Of a stretch of DNA of 64,000 nucleotides, positions 36,381 to 61,600 are shown in pieces. This DNA is from Macrostomum lignano (lineage: Eukaryota), in assembly GCA_002269645.1 (NCBI GenBank), contig NIVC01000049.1, forward strand, positions 62,001 to 126,000, written 5' to 3'. The notes under the pieces were generated by a model. It searched no databases. It was not told the origin of the DNA and saw nothing but the letters and a program-made list of their open reading frames with translations. A program made the position numbers and the translations under genes. Each line of letters starts with the position of its first letter. Within the stretch, counting starts at the first letter, position 1.

Positions 36381-37020
36381 TATCCTTTGCTTATCCTTTG
36401 CAAATCGATTTGCTTAATAACTGTGCCAAGAAGTCAATTCTTAGAAACTACTTCCTATATGGAAACATAACCCATATTTTCAACTTTGTTGTCCAATTAG
36501 AAAGATTTATATTATAATTTTGCATAGTAAACATTTATTTTAATATTTAATTCCTAGCATTGTAACAATGTTGTGAATGTGTGTTCAACTACTAGAAATA
36601 TTATGAACAAATTCTGTTTATTTCAATTTAAGTGTGACCGGTAACACTGGCTTTTTAGTGCTGTCTTCGCCTGTAATTTATGTATTATTTTTCACAGTTA
36701 AAAAAGTACGTTTTTAAGATACTGAACAATAGAACAATAGCACAACAACAAAAATTAACTGCCGTTTTTTTCCATTTCTGACTTTCTACTTCTATGTTTA
36801 CAATGAGTTATGCTTTTTTCCTTTATCTCTTGGTCCCCGAGGTCCTCGACAAAAAATAATAATGTCCATCTGCGAATGAATGCGCACATGGGCAATAACT
36901 TTCAGTGAATAGGTATAGCCACTAATTACTACTGTCGTCAGTAGGCTGACATGACACAAATATATGCTATAAATCAGAAGCTTACGGTATGCAATGTTGA
37001 TAGAAAGATTAGATATGTAC

Positions 37021-37665
<645 letters not shown>

Positions 37666-38114
37666 GACAGCGAGCTACCAGGCAGGCAGTGCAGAGCGCC
37701 AATATCCTGTGCCGGGAACGCCAGCCAATGAGAGCGGCCCGGCAAGCAAGTGGATAAAGGCTACCAGCGGAGTCTTCCAAAGCTTTGCTGCTTACGTGGG
37801 GACAGAGAGAGAATTCCTCTAGACAGTGGGAACTTTCGCAGTTGCAATTGCAATAAGACAGCTGTGAAAGCTTAATAACACGAGTTCGTCAGTCTTTGCG
37901 ATCTGGTAAGTAACGCCTCTTTAAAATCCACCATGGTAGCTGGTAGCTAAGGGTAGTTACTAGAAATCTGCACGGCTAATACTCTCGCAGATTGTTTGGT
38001 AGGAAACACTGCCGAAAGTAGTTATTAATAGAAGTGCAAAAAATAATAAGGAGACAAGGAGTGAAAGCAAAATGAGAGTGAGAAGGAGCGAGACAGAGAG
38101 GAGGAGAAAAAGAG

Positions 38115-38880
38115 TTAGGGGTAGAGGGAGAGTGAGGAGAGGGAGATGAAGAGAGGGAGAGTGAGGAGAGGGAGATGAAGAGAGGGAGAGTGAGGAGAGG
38201 GAGAGTGAGGAGAGGGAGATGAAGAGAGGGAGAGTGAGGAGAGGGAGAGTGAGGAGAGGGAGAGTGAGGAGAGGAAGAGTGAGGAGAGGGAGAGTGAGGA
38301 GAGGGAGAGTGAGGAGAGGGAGATGAAGAGAGGGAGAGTGAGTAGAGGGAGAGTGAGGAGAGGGAGATGAAGAGAGGGAGAGTGAGGAGAGGGAGAGTGA
38401 GGAGAGGGAGATGAAGAGAGGGAGAGTGAGGAGAGGGAGAGTGAGGAGAGGGAGATGAAGAGAGGGAGAGTGAGGAGAGGGAGAGTGAGGAGAGGGAGAT
38501 GAAGAGAGGGAGAGTGAGGAGAGGGAGAGTGAGGAGAGGGAGATGAAGAGAGGGAGAGTGAGGAGAGGGAGAGTGAGGAGAGGGAGATGAAGAGAGGGAG
38601 AGTGAGGAGAGGGAGAGTGAGGAGAGGGAGATGAAGAGAGGGAGATGAAGAGAGGGAGAGTGAGGAGAGGGGAGTGAGGAGAGGGAGATGAAGAGAGGGA
38701 GAGTGAGGAGAGGGAGAGTGAGGCGAGGGAGAGTGAGGAGAGGGAGGGTGAGGAGAGGGAGAGTGAGGAGAGGGAGGGTGAGGAGAGGGAGAGTGAGGAG
38801 AGGGGAGTGAGGAGAGGGAGATGAAGAGAGGGAGAGTGAGGAGAGGGAGAGTGAGGCGAGGGAGAGTTAGACGGAGAGTG
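38115..38880. repeat. Polypurine minisatellite (GAGAGGGAGAGTGAG / GAGAGGGAGATGAA)n
   Basis: Two related 14-15-bp units interleaved. Confidence 0.92.
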
Positions 38881-39521
38881 AGAACGAGGAGGAGAGGTTG
38901 ATAAAGATTAAACACGTAACCTAAACCTAGCCTAAATAATCTGATCCGACTTAATCGAGCAGCCGTGTCCTAAGAACAAAGAAACAAATTTAATATTTTA
39001 CCTCAAATTTACAGAAAAGTTTGATAATTGGTCTCCTGTCAATCAGTCATTAATCCCTTCAGAGTGGGTTGATCATGCTCGTATAAGACTCTATATAGAC
39101 TGAAAAGAAGCTAGTAGAAGAAATGCAAAAAAAGAAGTGCATATACAGCACCAGCTCCGGGCGAGGAGAAGAAGATTGGGAGATTCTTCCCTTCCTTCAA
39201 TCGCATAGAAACACTCGGAGACTTAATTAAAGCGACTCAGACTGACTCAGTCTGCCACGGTTGCTGATTTCCCAATGCACCAAGCCGTCCCTCACTCACT
39301 CTCTCTCTCTCTCTATCTCTCCCTTCATCCCTCCGTCCCTCTCTCAGTTTTTTTGCTTTTCATCAGCGCTTAGCCAGCTGGCCCGCGCACTGCAGCAACA
39401 GCAGGGTTTTGCTGCCAATCGGTGCATGAATGAACTCAGTGCTGTGCTGCATTTCTGAATTACAAATATAGCGTTTGCAAGACATTTTCTTGTCCAGATG
39501 CTAATGAGATAAGGGATAAGA

Positions 39522-40165
39522 GAGATTGGGAAATGGGATCTGCGATTGGGAAATGGGATCTGCGATTGGGAAATGGGATCTGGGATTGGGAGATGGGATC
39601 TGTGATTGGGAGATGGGATCTGTGATTGGGAGATGGGATCTGTGATTGGGAGATGGGATCTGTGATTGGGAAATGGGATCTGCGATTGGGAAATGGGATC
39701 TGTGATTGGGAGATGGGATCTGTGATTGGGAGATGGGATCTGTGATTGGTAGATGGAATAGTAGACACATTGGTAGATGCATTAGTAGACACATTGGTAG
39801 ATGCATTAGTAGGCACATTGGTAGATGCAATAGTAGGCACATTGGTAGATGCAATAGTAGGCACATTGGTAGATGCAATAGTAGACACATTGGTAGATGC
39901 AATAGTAGGCACATTGGTAGATGCAATAGTAGCCACATTGGTAGATGCAATAGTAGGCACATTGGTAGATGCATTAGTAGACACATTGGTAGATGCAATA
40001 GTAGACACATTGGTAGATGCATTAGTAGACACATTGGTAGATGCATTAGTAGACACATTGGTAGATGCAATAGTAGACACATTGGTAGATGCATTAGTAG
40101 ACACATTGGTAGATGCAATAGTAGGCACATTGGTAGATGCAATAGTAGCCACATTGGTAGATGCA
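39522..40165. repeat. Two abutting minisatellites: 20-bp (TGTGATTGGGAGATGGGATC)n to ~39750, then 24-bp (GTAGACACATTGGTAGATGCAATA)n
   Basis: Direct reading; the two units meet at GATTGGTAGATGG. Confidence 0.94.
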
Positions 40166-41084
40166 TTCAGCAGACAAAAAAGCTTCGAAAAAAGTAGAAA
40201 AGATGGACAGGAAAACTTGGAAAAAATGAAGCATAGCAACCATTTCTACCATTCATAGGAATCCACAGCACGCCCTTCCACACTGTAAGCAACTGCTGCA
40301 GCGGCAAAATAGATCTCCCCAGTTCTCACTTACTTCCTCGCTCTCCCTCTACACTCTCTTCCCCTTTCCTGTGCCTGCCTCGATCGCTTCCCTAGCCCAC
40401 TATCTATTGTCTGGCACACAGACACTGCCTGCGCAGCGGGGGGGGTTGGGGAGGTGGGGAAGGATTTTGGGATCGATTTAACAGAGCGGGCAGCTGTATG
40501 AGGCGTCGATATTCCCTGAGGCTATTAAGAACCACAAGCCCCTCAACCCCATATAATTGCTACGCTTCGTGTAGCTTCTTAGTAAGGATTGAGAAAGAAA
40601 AAAGCAGAATTAGGAAGCTGCGGAAGTGGTATTAACCAATGCTGCCGCTCGACATCAGGCGTTACACTGCATTGTACCATAGACATCTTTGAACAAGCTT
40701 GCCCATAGACTATTTTTATTTCCTTTAGCATGAAATTCGGAATGGCTTTAAAACTTAGTTTTGGCCATAGACAGCTTGTTGTCTATCAACTACATCCTTA
40801 TACTGTAACCTGCCACAGATTGGCCCGAGAGGAGAAAAAGGTCATGGGCACTTGGATGTACCTTTGGCGGTTGGTCTAAGTCACTCCATATTCCTTTGTA
40901 AAAGGCTAGGACTATGGGGAACATCATCCCGGATCAGAAAAGATGTCTTAAAGCAACTTCTGACTATTTACAAGGGCCAATAACTCATGTGCCCTGCAAC
41001 ATGCGGCCGACGAAGCCTCTCTATACGGCCCTCGGGTATTTTGAAACTTCACAATAGCAATGCGGCCCGCTCAGGGTTTGTCTC

Positions 41085-41510
41085 CTCTCTCCCTTCTTCT
41101 CTCTTCGTTCCCCTCTCTTCTCCTCTCTTCCCTCTCCTCTCTCTCCCCTCTCCTCTCCTCTCTAACTCTCCCCTCTCCTCTCTCAGCCTTTCTTCTCCTC
41201 TCTCCCCTCTCACACCCTTCTCCTCTCACCCCCTTCTCCTCTCACCCCCTTCTCCTCTCACCCCCTTCTCCTCTCACCCCCTTCTCCTCTCACCCCCTTC
41301 TCCTCTCACCCCCTTCTCCTCTCACCCCCTTCTCCTCTCACCCCCTTCTCCTCTCACCCCCTTCTCCTCTCACCCCCTTCTCCTCTCACCCTCTTCTCCT
41401 CTCACTCCCTTCTCCTCTCACCTCCTTCTCCTCTTACCCCTTCTCCTCTCACCCTTATTCTCTCCTCCCACCCCCCTTTTCTCTCCAGCTCATCTTATCT
41501 TCTCTCTCCT
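41085..41510. repeat. Polypyrimidine tract with 16-bp core (TCCTCTCACCCCCTTC)n
   Basis: About 13 regular copies at ~41210-41450. Confidence 0.9.
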
Positions 41511-42039
41511 CTATACTAGTACTCCACCATACCTGTCTCACCCACGCCCATAGTCATGAGCTAGATTCTTTATCTGGCCCTTGGTCTAAAAGAAAGTATT
41601 GCCAAACCCTTAGCGTAAGAGTAGTTGAGAACAGGGGTCAATTAAACTGGGTTTCGGGACACTGGTTTATACCGAGTCAATGTCAACTACGTATTTTTTT
41701 AATTCTACTGCTTTTACACCGCAGTTTCTCCTCACAGCCAGGTATAGGAAGGCAGAGTGGATTTAGAGTGCCCTAATCCCACTCTTAAATCCCGTCCAGC
41801 CATGGTATAGCTGGGCCGGCATTTGCGGGAACCGGGAGAGGATATATTGAGAAATGATGAAAATTGAGTAGTTGAAAGAGCAAGATACTCCCATGGGAGC
41901 TTAAAATGTTAAGAGTGAAATGCGAGGGCTGTATCAAATCAGAGTACCTGACAGCTTTACAATAGTTTAAGATCTTAAAGTATAAAAGACTGAAAAACAA
42001 CCTCCTGTAAACTGCACCAGAGATTCAGTCTCAGAGTCC

Positions 42040-44098
42040 GGAGTCTATAAGATTTCATCTATCTCCTAATGCAGACTCTATATAGATCTTATTTATCTCC
42101 TAAGACTATGGATTTCATCTTATCTCCTAATGCAAGAGTCTATAGATTTCATCTATCTCTTAATTCAAGAGTCTATAGATCTAATATGTATCCTAATGTA
42201 GAGTCTACAGGTCTAATCTATTTCCTTATGCAGAGTCTATAGATTCCAATAACCCAATCTGTGGACACTATAGATCCCAAGAACCCAATATATAGACACT
42301 ATAGATCCCAATAACCCAATCTATAGACAACATAGATTCCAAAAACCCAATCTATAGACACCATAGATTCCAATAACCCAATCTATAGACACTATAGATC
42401 CCAATAACCCAATCTATAGACATTAAAGATTCCAATAACCCAATCTATAGACACTATAGATCCCAATAACCCAATCTATAGACACCATAGATCCCAATAA
42501 CCCAATCTATAGACACCATTAGATTCCAATAACCCAATCTATAGACACTATAGATCCCAATAACCCAATCTATAGACACCATAGATCCCAATAACCCAAT
42601 CTATAGACAGCATTAGATTCCAATAACCCAATCTATAGACACCATTAGATTCCAATAACCCAATCTATAGACACCATAGATCCCAATAACCCAATCTATA
42701 GACACCATAGATCCCCTATAACCCAATCTATAGACACTATAGATCCCAATAACCCAATCTATAGACACCATTAGATTCCAATGACCCAATCTATAGACAC
42801 CATAGATCCCAATGACCCAATCTATAGACACCATAGATCCCAATAACCCAATCTATAGACACCATAGATCCCAATAACCCAATCTATAGACACCATAGAT
42901 CCCAATGACCCAATCTATAGACACCATAGATCCCAATAACCCAATCTATAGACACTATAGATCCCAATAACCCAATCTATAGACACCATAGATTCCAATA
43001 ACCCAATCTGTGGACACTATAGATCCCAATAACCCAATCTATAGACACCATAGATCCCAATAACCCAATCTATAGACACTATAGATCCCAATAACCCAAT
43101 CTATAGACACCATTAGATTCCAATGACCCAATCTATAGACACCATAGATCCCCTATAACCCAATCTATAGACACTATAGATCCCAATAACCTAATCTATA
43201 GACACTATAGATCCCAATAACCCAATCTATAGACACCATAGATCCCAATAACCTAATCTATAGACACTATAGATCCCAATAACCTAATCTATAGACACTA
43301 TAGATCCCAATAACCCAATCTATAGACACTATAGATCCCAATAACCCAATCTATAGACACTATAGATCCCAATAACCCAATCTATAGACACTATAGATCC
43401 CAATAACCCAATTTATAGACACTATAGATCCCAATAACCCAATCTATAGACACTATAGATCCCAATAACCCAATCTATAGACACCATAGATCCCAATAAC
43501 CCAATCTATAGACACTATAGATCCCAATAACCCAATTTATAGACACTATAGATCCCAATAACCCAATCTATAGACACTATAGATCCCAATAACCCAATCT
43601 ATAGACACCATAGATCCCAATAACCCAATCTATAGACACTATAGATCCCAATGACCCAATTTATAGACACTATAGATCCCAATAACCTAATCTATAGACA
43701 CCATAGATCCCAATAACCCAATCTATAGACACCATAGATCCCAATAACCCAATCTATAGACACTATAGATCCCAATAACCCAATCTATAGACACTATAGA
43801 TCCCAATGACCCAATTTATAGACACTATAGATCCCAATAACCTAATCTATAGACACCATAGATCCCAATAACCCAATCTATAGACACCATAGATCCCAAT
43901 AACCCAATCTATAGACACTATAGATCCCAATAACCCAATCTATAGACACTATAGATCCCAATGACCCAATTTATAGACACTATAGATCCCAATAACCTAA
44001 TCTATAGACACCATAGATCCCAATAACCCAATCTATAGACACCATAGATCCCAATAACCCAATCTATAGACACCATAGATCCCAATAACCCAATCTAG
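42040..44098. repeat. 31-bp minisatellite (TATAGATCCCAATAACCCAATCTATAGACAC)n, ~1.9 kb, preceded by degenerate related units
   Basis: Period 31 (43361 to 43392), about 60 copies. Confidence 0.96.
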
Positions 44099-45317
44099 AG
44101 CGTATGGATCTAAACCAATACTATTAAAAATAGAACAATTGAAAAGTCAACTCAAATACTGTTCTGCACACAGAGCTACTCAGCTGGGAAGACTCAGCTG
44201 GGATGCCAGAAGCAGACAAGGAAAATGCATCAGCTAGGTTTTTCCCTCAAAGTTAGGGAAATCACAATATAAATACATGCATATAGGATAGAAAGAGCTT
44301 CAAATTCCGTTTGGTCTGAGCTGTCGATTCAGATTAGGATCAGATCAAGCAAATCCCCTACAGAAGTGAAATCTTGGCGCCAGTGTCTCTGCTACTAGAA
44401 CTTTGGTTGAATCGATAAAATCGATCGTTTTCCTTCGCTCCTGGGAGAGTCTGCACAAGATGAGTGCGATAGAAGATTAGAGAGATGCGGAGCCATCGAT
44501 TTCTACTTTTTGAAAAGCTTTTGTAAGAATTTTGTATTGGTGAAAATCCATTAGACATTAATTATTGTGGAAGGTTGAGTTGATGTTGAACACAATGCTT
44601 GTGAAGCTCCCCAACTCTTCACTTTATTCCATAAACATTATGTTTATGACTGTTCGACCTACATTGCTAATCCAGTTCCTTATCCTATAAACGTACACCG
44701 TAGCCCACTCTGCAAGCTTTCAAACACTTTTACACCCTCAAACGCGCCATCCATGCAGCACACCAGCTTCCACACCAGCAACTGTTCGCTTCCCTCAACC
44801 TTCATCCCCACTCTGTCCAGGTCAGTAAAATATGGGGGGAGGAGGAGGGGGGCAAAATGGATTTCTCCTGCACAGCAACAGCTTTTTGTATACACTTTGC
44901 TGGTGTTGCAGCAGAGGAGACTGTCTTTAGGAACCCCAACCGATGTAGTGTGTACATTGTCCAGCGCCTCCTGTACCTTAGCACAGTTTCCTCTCTTCCA
45001 GAAATGCAGAAATTTTCCACTTTCTACCATTCTGTCGCTTCCTTTTTGCTTTGGCTTGTAAATAAATGCTCGTACTGTTGATTTATCTTCCCATTTTCGA
45101 CACGTAAAAATAAATCCCTGGTCCTTGGCTCGCTGGAGCAAAAATCCGGAGTGCGAATTAGAAGGTGCCGAAAAAGTCCAAATGTCCAAAAAATGGCCAT
45201 AATATAAAAATAGTCTAATGTCAAAATGTATGTTCTGAATTCGTCAACCGCAAATTATTTCCCTCGTTGAAGATTGTTCGAGAGGTCTACACAAAGAATC
45301 AAAGTTCTTCACTGATC

Positions 45318-55100
<9,783 letters not shown>

Positions 55101-55664
55101 TTCTCTTCTCTAAACTGTTGCAACAGAGCAAGTATTAATAATTAATATTAACTCCGATTTATCGTCTGTTCGTTTGTCTGTCTTATATTCTGCTGCTTGA
55201 CTATATTAAAATCTATCCCAATATCTTTTTTCCTTTGTGAATAGAAAATAATAACTAACAAATCCAAGTTCAATTAGAATTCATTTAGAATTGTGATTAA
55301 CCTTACTGTAGGAATAGTTTATAAGCATGCACAATAACATTGTGCCGCAAGTTGCACATAAATCATTATAAATATATTTATTTAATCATTTAAAATTTTC
55401 TGTTTGAAGAAATCGGAATTGGCATACTACTTACTACAAGTAGCTGACCGGAGTAATAAAAGACAGTTCACGTATATGCAAAAATGTACCAGAGTAAAAT
55501 ACTTTTTTAAACAGAAATTTACACCAAAAAACACATTTTGCTAAGAGAACAAGCATGATTTTGTTACGGAAAACAAATATTATTTTACTGATTCATACGG
55601 CAGAAATTCCTGTCCCTAAGACAGTAAGAGTAGTATATAATAACTTACGCATCTGAGGTGGTGG

Positions 55665-58600
55665 TCACCCAGCAACTGAGGATCTGGGAGGCTGGCCCAG
55701 CAACTGAGGATCTGGGAGGCTGGCCCAGCAACTGAGGATCTGGGAGGCTGGCCCAGCAACTGGGGATCTGAGAGGCTGGCCCAGCAACTGAGGATCAGGG
55801 AGGCTGGCCCAGCAACTAAGGATCTGAGAGGCTGGCCCAGCAACTGAGGATCTGGGAGGCTGGCCAATCAACAGGATCTGAGAGGCTGGCCCAGCAACTG
55901 AGGATCTGGGAGGCTGGCCAATCAACAGGATCTGAGAGGCTGGCCCAGCAACTGAGGATCTGGGAGGCTGGCCCAGCAACTGGGGATCTGAGAGGCTGGC
56001 ACAGCAACTGAGGATCTGGGAGGCTGGCACAGCAACTGAGGATCTGGGAGGCTGGCCCAGCAACTGAGGATCTGGGAGGCTGGCCCAGCAACTGAGGATC
56101 TGAGAGGCTGGCACAGCAACTGAGGATCTGGGAGGCTGGCCCAGCAACTGAGGATCTGAGAGGCTGGCACAGCAACTGAGGATCTGGGAGGCTGGCACAG
56201 CAATTGAGGATCTGGGAGGCTGGCCCAGCAACTGAGGATCTGGGAGGCTGGCCCAGCAACTGAGGATCTGAGAGGCTGGCACAGCAACTGAGGATCTGAG
56301 AGGCTGGCCAATCAACTGAGGATCTGGGAGACTGGCCCAGCAACTGAGGATCTGGGAGGCTGGCCCAGCAACTGAAGATCTGGGAGGCTGGCCCAGCAAC
56401 TGAGGATCTGGGAGGCTGGCCCAGCAACTGAAGATCTGGGAGGCTGGCCAAGCAACTGAGGATCTGGGAGGCTGGCCCAGCAACTGAGGATCTGGGAGGC
56501 TGGCCCAGCAACTGAAGATCTGGGAGGCTGGCCCAGCAACTGAAGATCTGGGAGGCTGGCCAGCAACTGAGGATCTGGGAGGCTGGCCCAGCAACAGGAT
56601 CTGGGAGGCTGGCCCAGCAACTGAGGATCTGGGAGGCTGGCCCAGCAACTGAGGATCTGGGAGGCTGGCCCAGCAACTGAGGATCTGGGAGGCTGGCCTG
56701 GCAACTGAGGATCTGGGAGGCTGGCCCAGCAACTGAGGATGTGGGAGGCTGGCCCAGCAACTGAGGATCTGGGAGGCTGGCCCAGCAACTGAGGATCTGG
56801 GAGGCTGGCCCAGCAACTGAGGATCTGGGAGGCTGGCCCAGCAACTGAGGATGTGGGAGGCTGGCCCAGCAACTGAGGATCTGGGAGGCTGGCCTAGCAA
56901 CTGAGGATCTGGGAGGCTGGCCCAGCAACAGGATCTGGGAGGCTGGCCCAGCAACTGAGGATCTGGGAGGCTGGCCAGCAACTGAGGATCTGGGAGGCTG
57001 GCCCAGCAACTGAGGATCTGGGAGGCTGGCCTAGCAACTGAGGATCTGGGAGGCTGGCCCAGCAACTGAGGATCTGGGAGGCTGGCCCAGCAACTGAGGA
57101 TCTGGGAGGCTGGCCCAGCAACTGAGGATCTGGGAGGCTGGCCCAGCAACTGAGGATCTGGGAGGCTGGCCCAGCAACTGAGGATGTGGGAGGCTGGCCC
57201 AGCAACTGAGGATCTGGGAGGCTGGCCTAGCAACTGAGGATCTGGGAGGCTGGCCCAGCAACTGAGGATCTGGGAGGCTGGCCCAGCAACTGAGGATCTG
57301 GGAGGCTGGCCCAGCAGCTGGGGATCTGGGAGGCTGGCCCAGCAACTGAGGATCTGGGAGGCTGGCCCAGCAACTGAGGATCTGGGAGGCTGGCCCAGCA
57401 ACTGAGGATGTGGGAGCTGGCCCAGCAACTGAGGATCTGGGAGGCTGGCCCAGCAACTGAGGATCTGGGAGGCTGGCCCAGCAACTGAGTATCTGGGAGG
57501 CTGGCCCAGCAACTGAGGATCTGAGAGGCTGGCACAGCAACTGAGGATCTGAGAGGCTGGCCCAGCAACTGAGGATCTGGGAGGCTGGCCCAGCAACTGA
57601 GGATCTGGGAGGCTGGCCCAGCAACTGAGGATCTGGGAGGCTGGCCCAGCAACTGGGATCTGGGAGGCTGGCCCAGCAACTGAGGATCTGGGAGGCTGGC
57701 CCAGCAACTGAGGATCTGGGAGGCTGGCCCAGCAACTGAGGATCTGAAAGGCTGGCCCAGCAACTGAGGATCTGGGAGGCTGGCCCAGCAACTGAGGATC
57801 TGGGAGGCTGGCCCAGCAACTGAGGATCTGGGAGGCTGGCCCAGCAACTGAGGATCTGGGAGGCTGGCCCAGCAACTGAGGATCTGGGAGGCTGGCCCAG
57901 CAACTGAGGATCTGGGAGGCTGGCCCAGCAACTGAGGATCTGGGAGGCTGGCCCAGCAACTGAGGATCTGGGAGGCTGGCCCAGCAACTGAGGATCTGGG
58001 AGGCTGGCCCAGCAACTGAGGATCTGGGAGGCTGGCCCAGCAACTGAGGATGTGGGAGGCTGGCCCAGCAGCTGAGGATCTGGGAGGCTGGCCCAGCAAC
58101 TGAGGATCTGGGAGGCTGGCCCAGCAACTGAGGATCTGGGAGGCTGGCCCAGCAGCTGAGGATGTGGGAGGCTGGCCCAGCAGCTGAGGATCTGGGAGGC
58201 TGGCCCAGCAACTGAGGATCTGGGAGGCTGGCCCAGCAACTGAGGATCTGGGAGGCTGGCCCAGCAACTGAGGATCTGGGAGGCTGGCCCAGCAACTGAG
58301 GATCTGGGAGGCTGGCCCAGCAGCTGAGGATCTGGGAGGCTGGCCCAGCAACTGAGGATCTGGGAGGCTGGCCCAGCAACTGAGGATCTGGGAGGCTGGC
58401 CCAGCAACTGAGGATGTGGGAGGCTGGCCCAGCAGCTGAGGATCTGGGAGGCTGGCCCAGCAACTGAGGATCTGGGAGGCTGGCCCAGCAGCTGAGGATC
58501 TGGGAGGCTGGCCCAGCAACTGAGGATCTGGGAGGCTGGCCCAGCAACTGAGGATCTGGGAGGCTGGCCCAGCAGCTGAGGATCTGGGAGGCTGGCCCAG

Positions 58601-61600
58601 CAACTGAGGATCTGGGAGGCTGGCCCAGCAACTGAGGATCTGGGAGGCTGGCCCAGCAGCTGAGGATCTGGGAGGCTGGCCCAGCAACCGAGGATCTGGG
58701 AGGCTGGCCCAGCAGCTGAGGATCTGGGAGGCTGGCCCAGCAACTGAGGATCTGGGAGGCTGGCCCAGCAACTGAGGATCTGGGAGGCTGGCCCAGCAGC
58801 TGAGGATCTGGGAGGCTGGCCCAGCAGCTGAGGATCTGGGAGGCTGGCCCAGCAGCTGAGGATCTGGGAGGCTGGCCCAGCAACTGAGGATCTGGGAGGC
58901 TGGCCCAGCAACTGAGGATCTGGGAGGCTGGCCCAGCAACTGAGGATCTGGGAGGCTGGCCCAGCAACTGAGGATCTGGGAGGCTGGCCCAGCAACTGAG
59001 GATCTGGGAGGCTGGCCCAGCAACTGAGGATCTGGGAGGCTGGCCCAGCAACTGAGGATCTGGGAGGCTGGCCCAGCAACTGAGGATCTGGGAGGCTGGC
59101 CCAGCAACTGAGGATCTGGGAGGCTGGCCCAGCAACTGAGGATCTGGGAGGCTGGCCCAGCAACTGAGGATCTGGGAGGCTGGCCCAGCAACTGAGGATC
59201 TGGGAGGCTGGCCCAGCAACTGAGGATCTGGGAGGCTGGCCCAGCAACTGAGGATCTGGGAGGCTGGCCCAGCAACTGAGGATCTGGGAGGCTGGCCCAG
59301 CAACTGAGGATCTGGGAGGCTGGCCCAGCAACTGAGGATCTGGGAGGCTGGCCCAGCAACTGAGGATCTGAGGCTGGCCCAGCAACTGAGGATCTGGGAG
59401 GCTGGCCCAGCAACTGAGGATCTGGGAGGCTGGCCCAGCAACTGAGGATCTGGGAGGCTGGCCCAGCAACTGAGGATGGGAGGCTGGCCCAGCAACTGAG
59501 GATCTGGGAGGCTGGCCCAGCAACTGAGGATCTGGGAGGCTGGCCCAGCAACTGAGGATCTGGGAGGCTGGCCCAGCAACTGAGGATCTGGGAGGCTGGC
59601 CCAGCAACTGAGGATCTGGGAGGCTGGCCCAGCAACTGAGGATCTGGGAGGCTGGCCCAGCAACTGAGGATCTGGGAGGCTGGCCCAGCAACTGAGGATC
59701 TGGGAGGCTGCCCAGCAACTGGGGATCTGGGAGGCTGGCTCAGCAACTGAGGATCTGGGAGGCTGGCTCAGCAACTGAGGATCTGGGAGGCTGGCCCAGC
59801 AACTGAGGATCTGGGAGGCTGCCCAGCAACTGAGGATCTGGGAGGCTGGCCCAGCAACTGAGGATCTGGGAGGCTGGCCCAGCAACTGAGGATCTGGGAG
59901 GCTTGCCCAGCAACTGAGGATCTGAAAGGCTGGCCCAGCAACTGAGGATGTGGGAGGCTGGCCCAGCAACTGAGGATCTGGGAGGCTGGCCCAGCAACTG
60001 AGGATCTGAAAGGCTGGCCCAGCAACTGAGGATGTGGGAGGCTGGCCCAGCAACTGAGGATGTGGGAGGCTGGCCCAGCAACTGAGGATCTGAGGCTTGC
60101 CCAGCAACTGAGGATCTGTGGGAGGCTGGCCCAGCAACTGAGGATCTGGGAGGCTTGCCCAGCAACTGAGGATCTGAAAGGCTGGCCCAGCAACTGAGGA
60201 TGTGGGAGGCTGGCCCAGCAACTGAGGATCTGGGAGGCTTGCCCAGCAACTGAGGATCTGAAAGGCTGGCCCAGCAACTGAGGATGTGGGAGGCTGGCCC
60301 AGCAACTGAGGATCTGGGAGGCTTGCCCAGCAACTGAGGATCTGAAAGGCTGGCCCAGCAACTGAGGATGTGGGAGGCTGGCCCAGCAGCTGAGGATCTG
60401 GGAGGCTGGCCCAGCAACTGAGGATCTGGGAGGCTTGCCCAGCAACTGAGGATCTGAAAGGCTGGCCCAGCAACTGAGGATGTGGGAGGCTGGCCCAGCA
60501 GCTGAGGATCTGGGAGGCTGGCCCAGCAGCTGAGGATCTGAAAGGCTGGCCCAGCAACTGAGGATGTGGGAGGCTGGCCCAGCAGCTGAGGATCTGGGAG
60601 GCTGGCCCAGCAACTGAGGATCTGGGAGGCTGGCCCAGCAACTGAGGATCTGAAAGGCTGGCCCAGCAACTGAGGATGTGGGAGGCTGGCCCAGCAGCTT
60701 AGGATCTGGGAGGCTGGCCCAGCAGCTGAGGATGTGGGAGGCTGGCCCAGCAACTGAGGATCTGGGAGGCTGGCCCAGCAACTGAGGATCTGGGAGGCTG
60801 GCCCAGCAACTGAGGATCTGGGAGGCTGGCCCAGCAACTGAGGATCTGGGAGGCTGGCCCAGCAACTGAGGATCTGGGAGGCTGGCCCAGCAACTGAGGA
60901 TCTGGGAGGCTGGCCCAGCAACTGAGGATCTGGGAGGCTGGCCCAGCAGCTGAGGATCTGGGAGGCTGGCCCAGCAACTGAGGATCTGGGAGGCTGGCCC
61001 AGCAACTGAGGATCTGAAAGGCTGGCCCAGCAACTGAGGATGTGGGAGGCTGGCCCAGCAACTGAGGATCTGGGAGGCTTGCCCAGCAACTGAGGATCTG
61101 AAAGGCTGGCCCAGCAACTGAGGATCTGGGAGGCTTGCCCAGCAACTGAGGATCTGAAAGGCTGGCCCAGCAACTGAGGATGTGGGAGGCTGGCCCAGCA
61201 ACTGAGGATCTGGGAGGCTGGCCCAGCAACTGAGGATCTGGGAGGCTGCCCAGCAACTGAGGATCTGAAGGCTGGCCCAGCAACTGAGGATCTGGGAGGC
61301 TGGCCCAGCAACTGAGGATCTGGGAGGCTGGCCCAGCAACTGAGGATCTGAGGCTGGCCCAGCAACTGAGGATGTGGAGGCTGGCCCAGCAACTGAGGAT
61401 CTGGGAGGCTGGCCCAGCAACTGAGGATCTGGGAGGCTGGCCCAGCAACTGAGGATCTGAGGCTGGCCCAGCAACTGAGGATCTGGGAGGCTGGCCCAGC
61501 AACTAGGATCTGGGAGGCTGGCCCAGCAACTGAGGATCTGGGAGGCTGGCCCAGCAACTGAGGATCTGGGAGGCTGGCCCAGCAACTGAGGATCTGGGAG

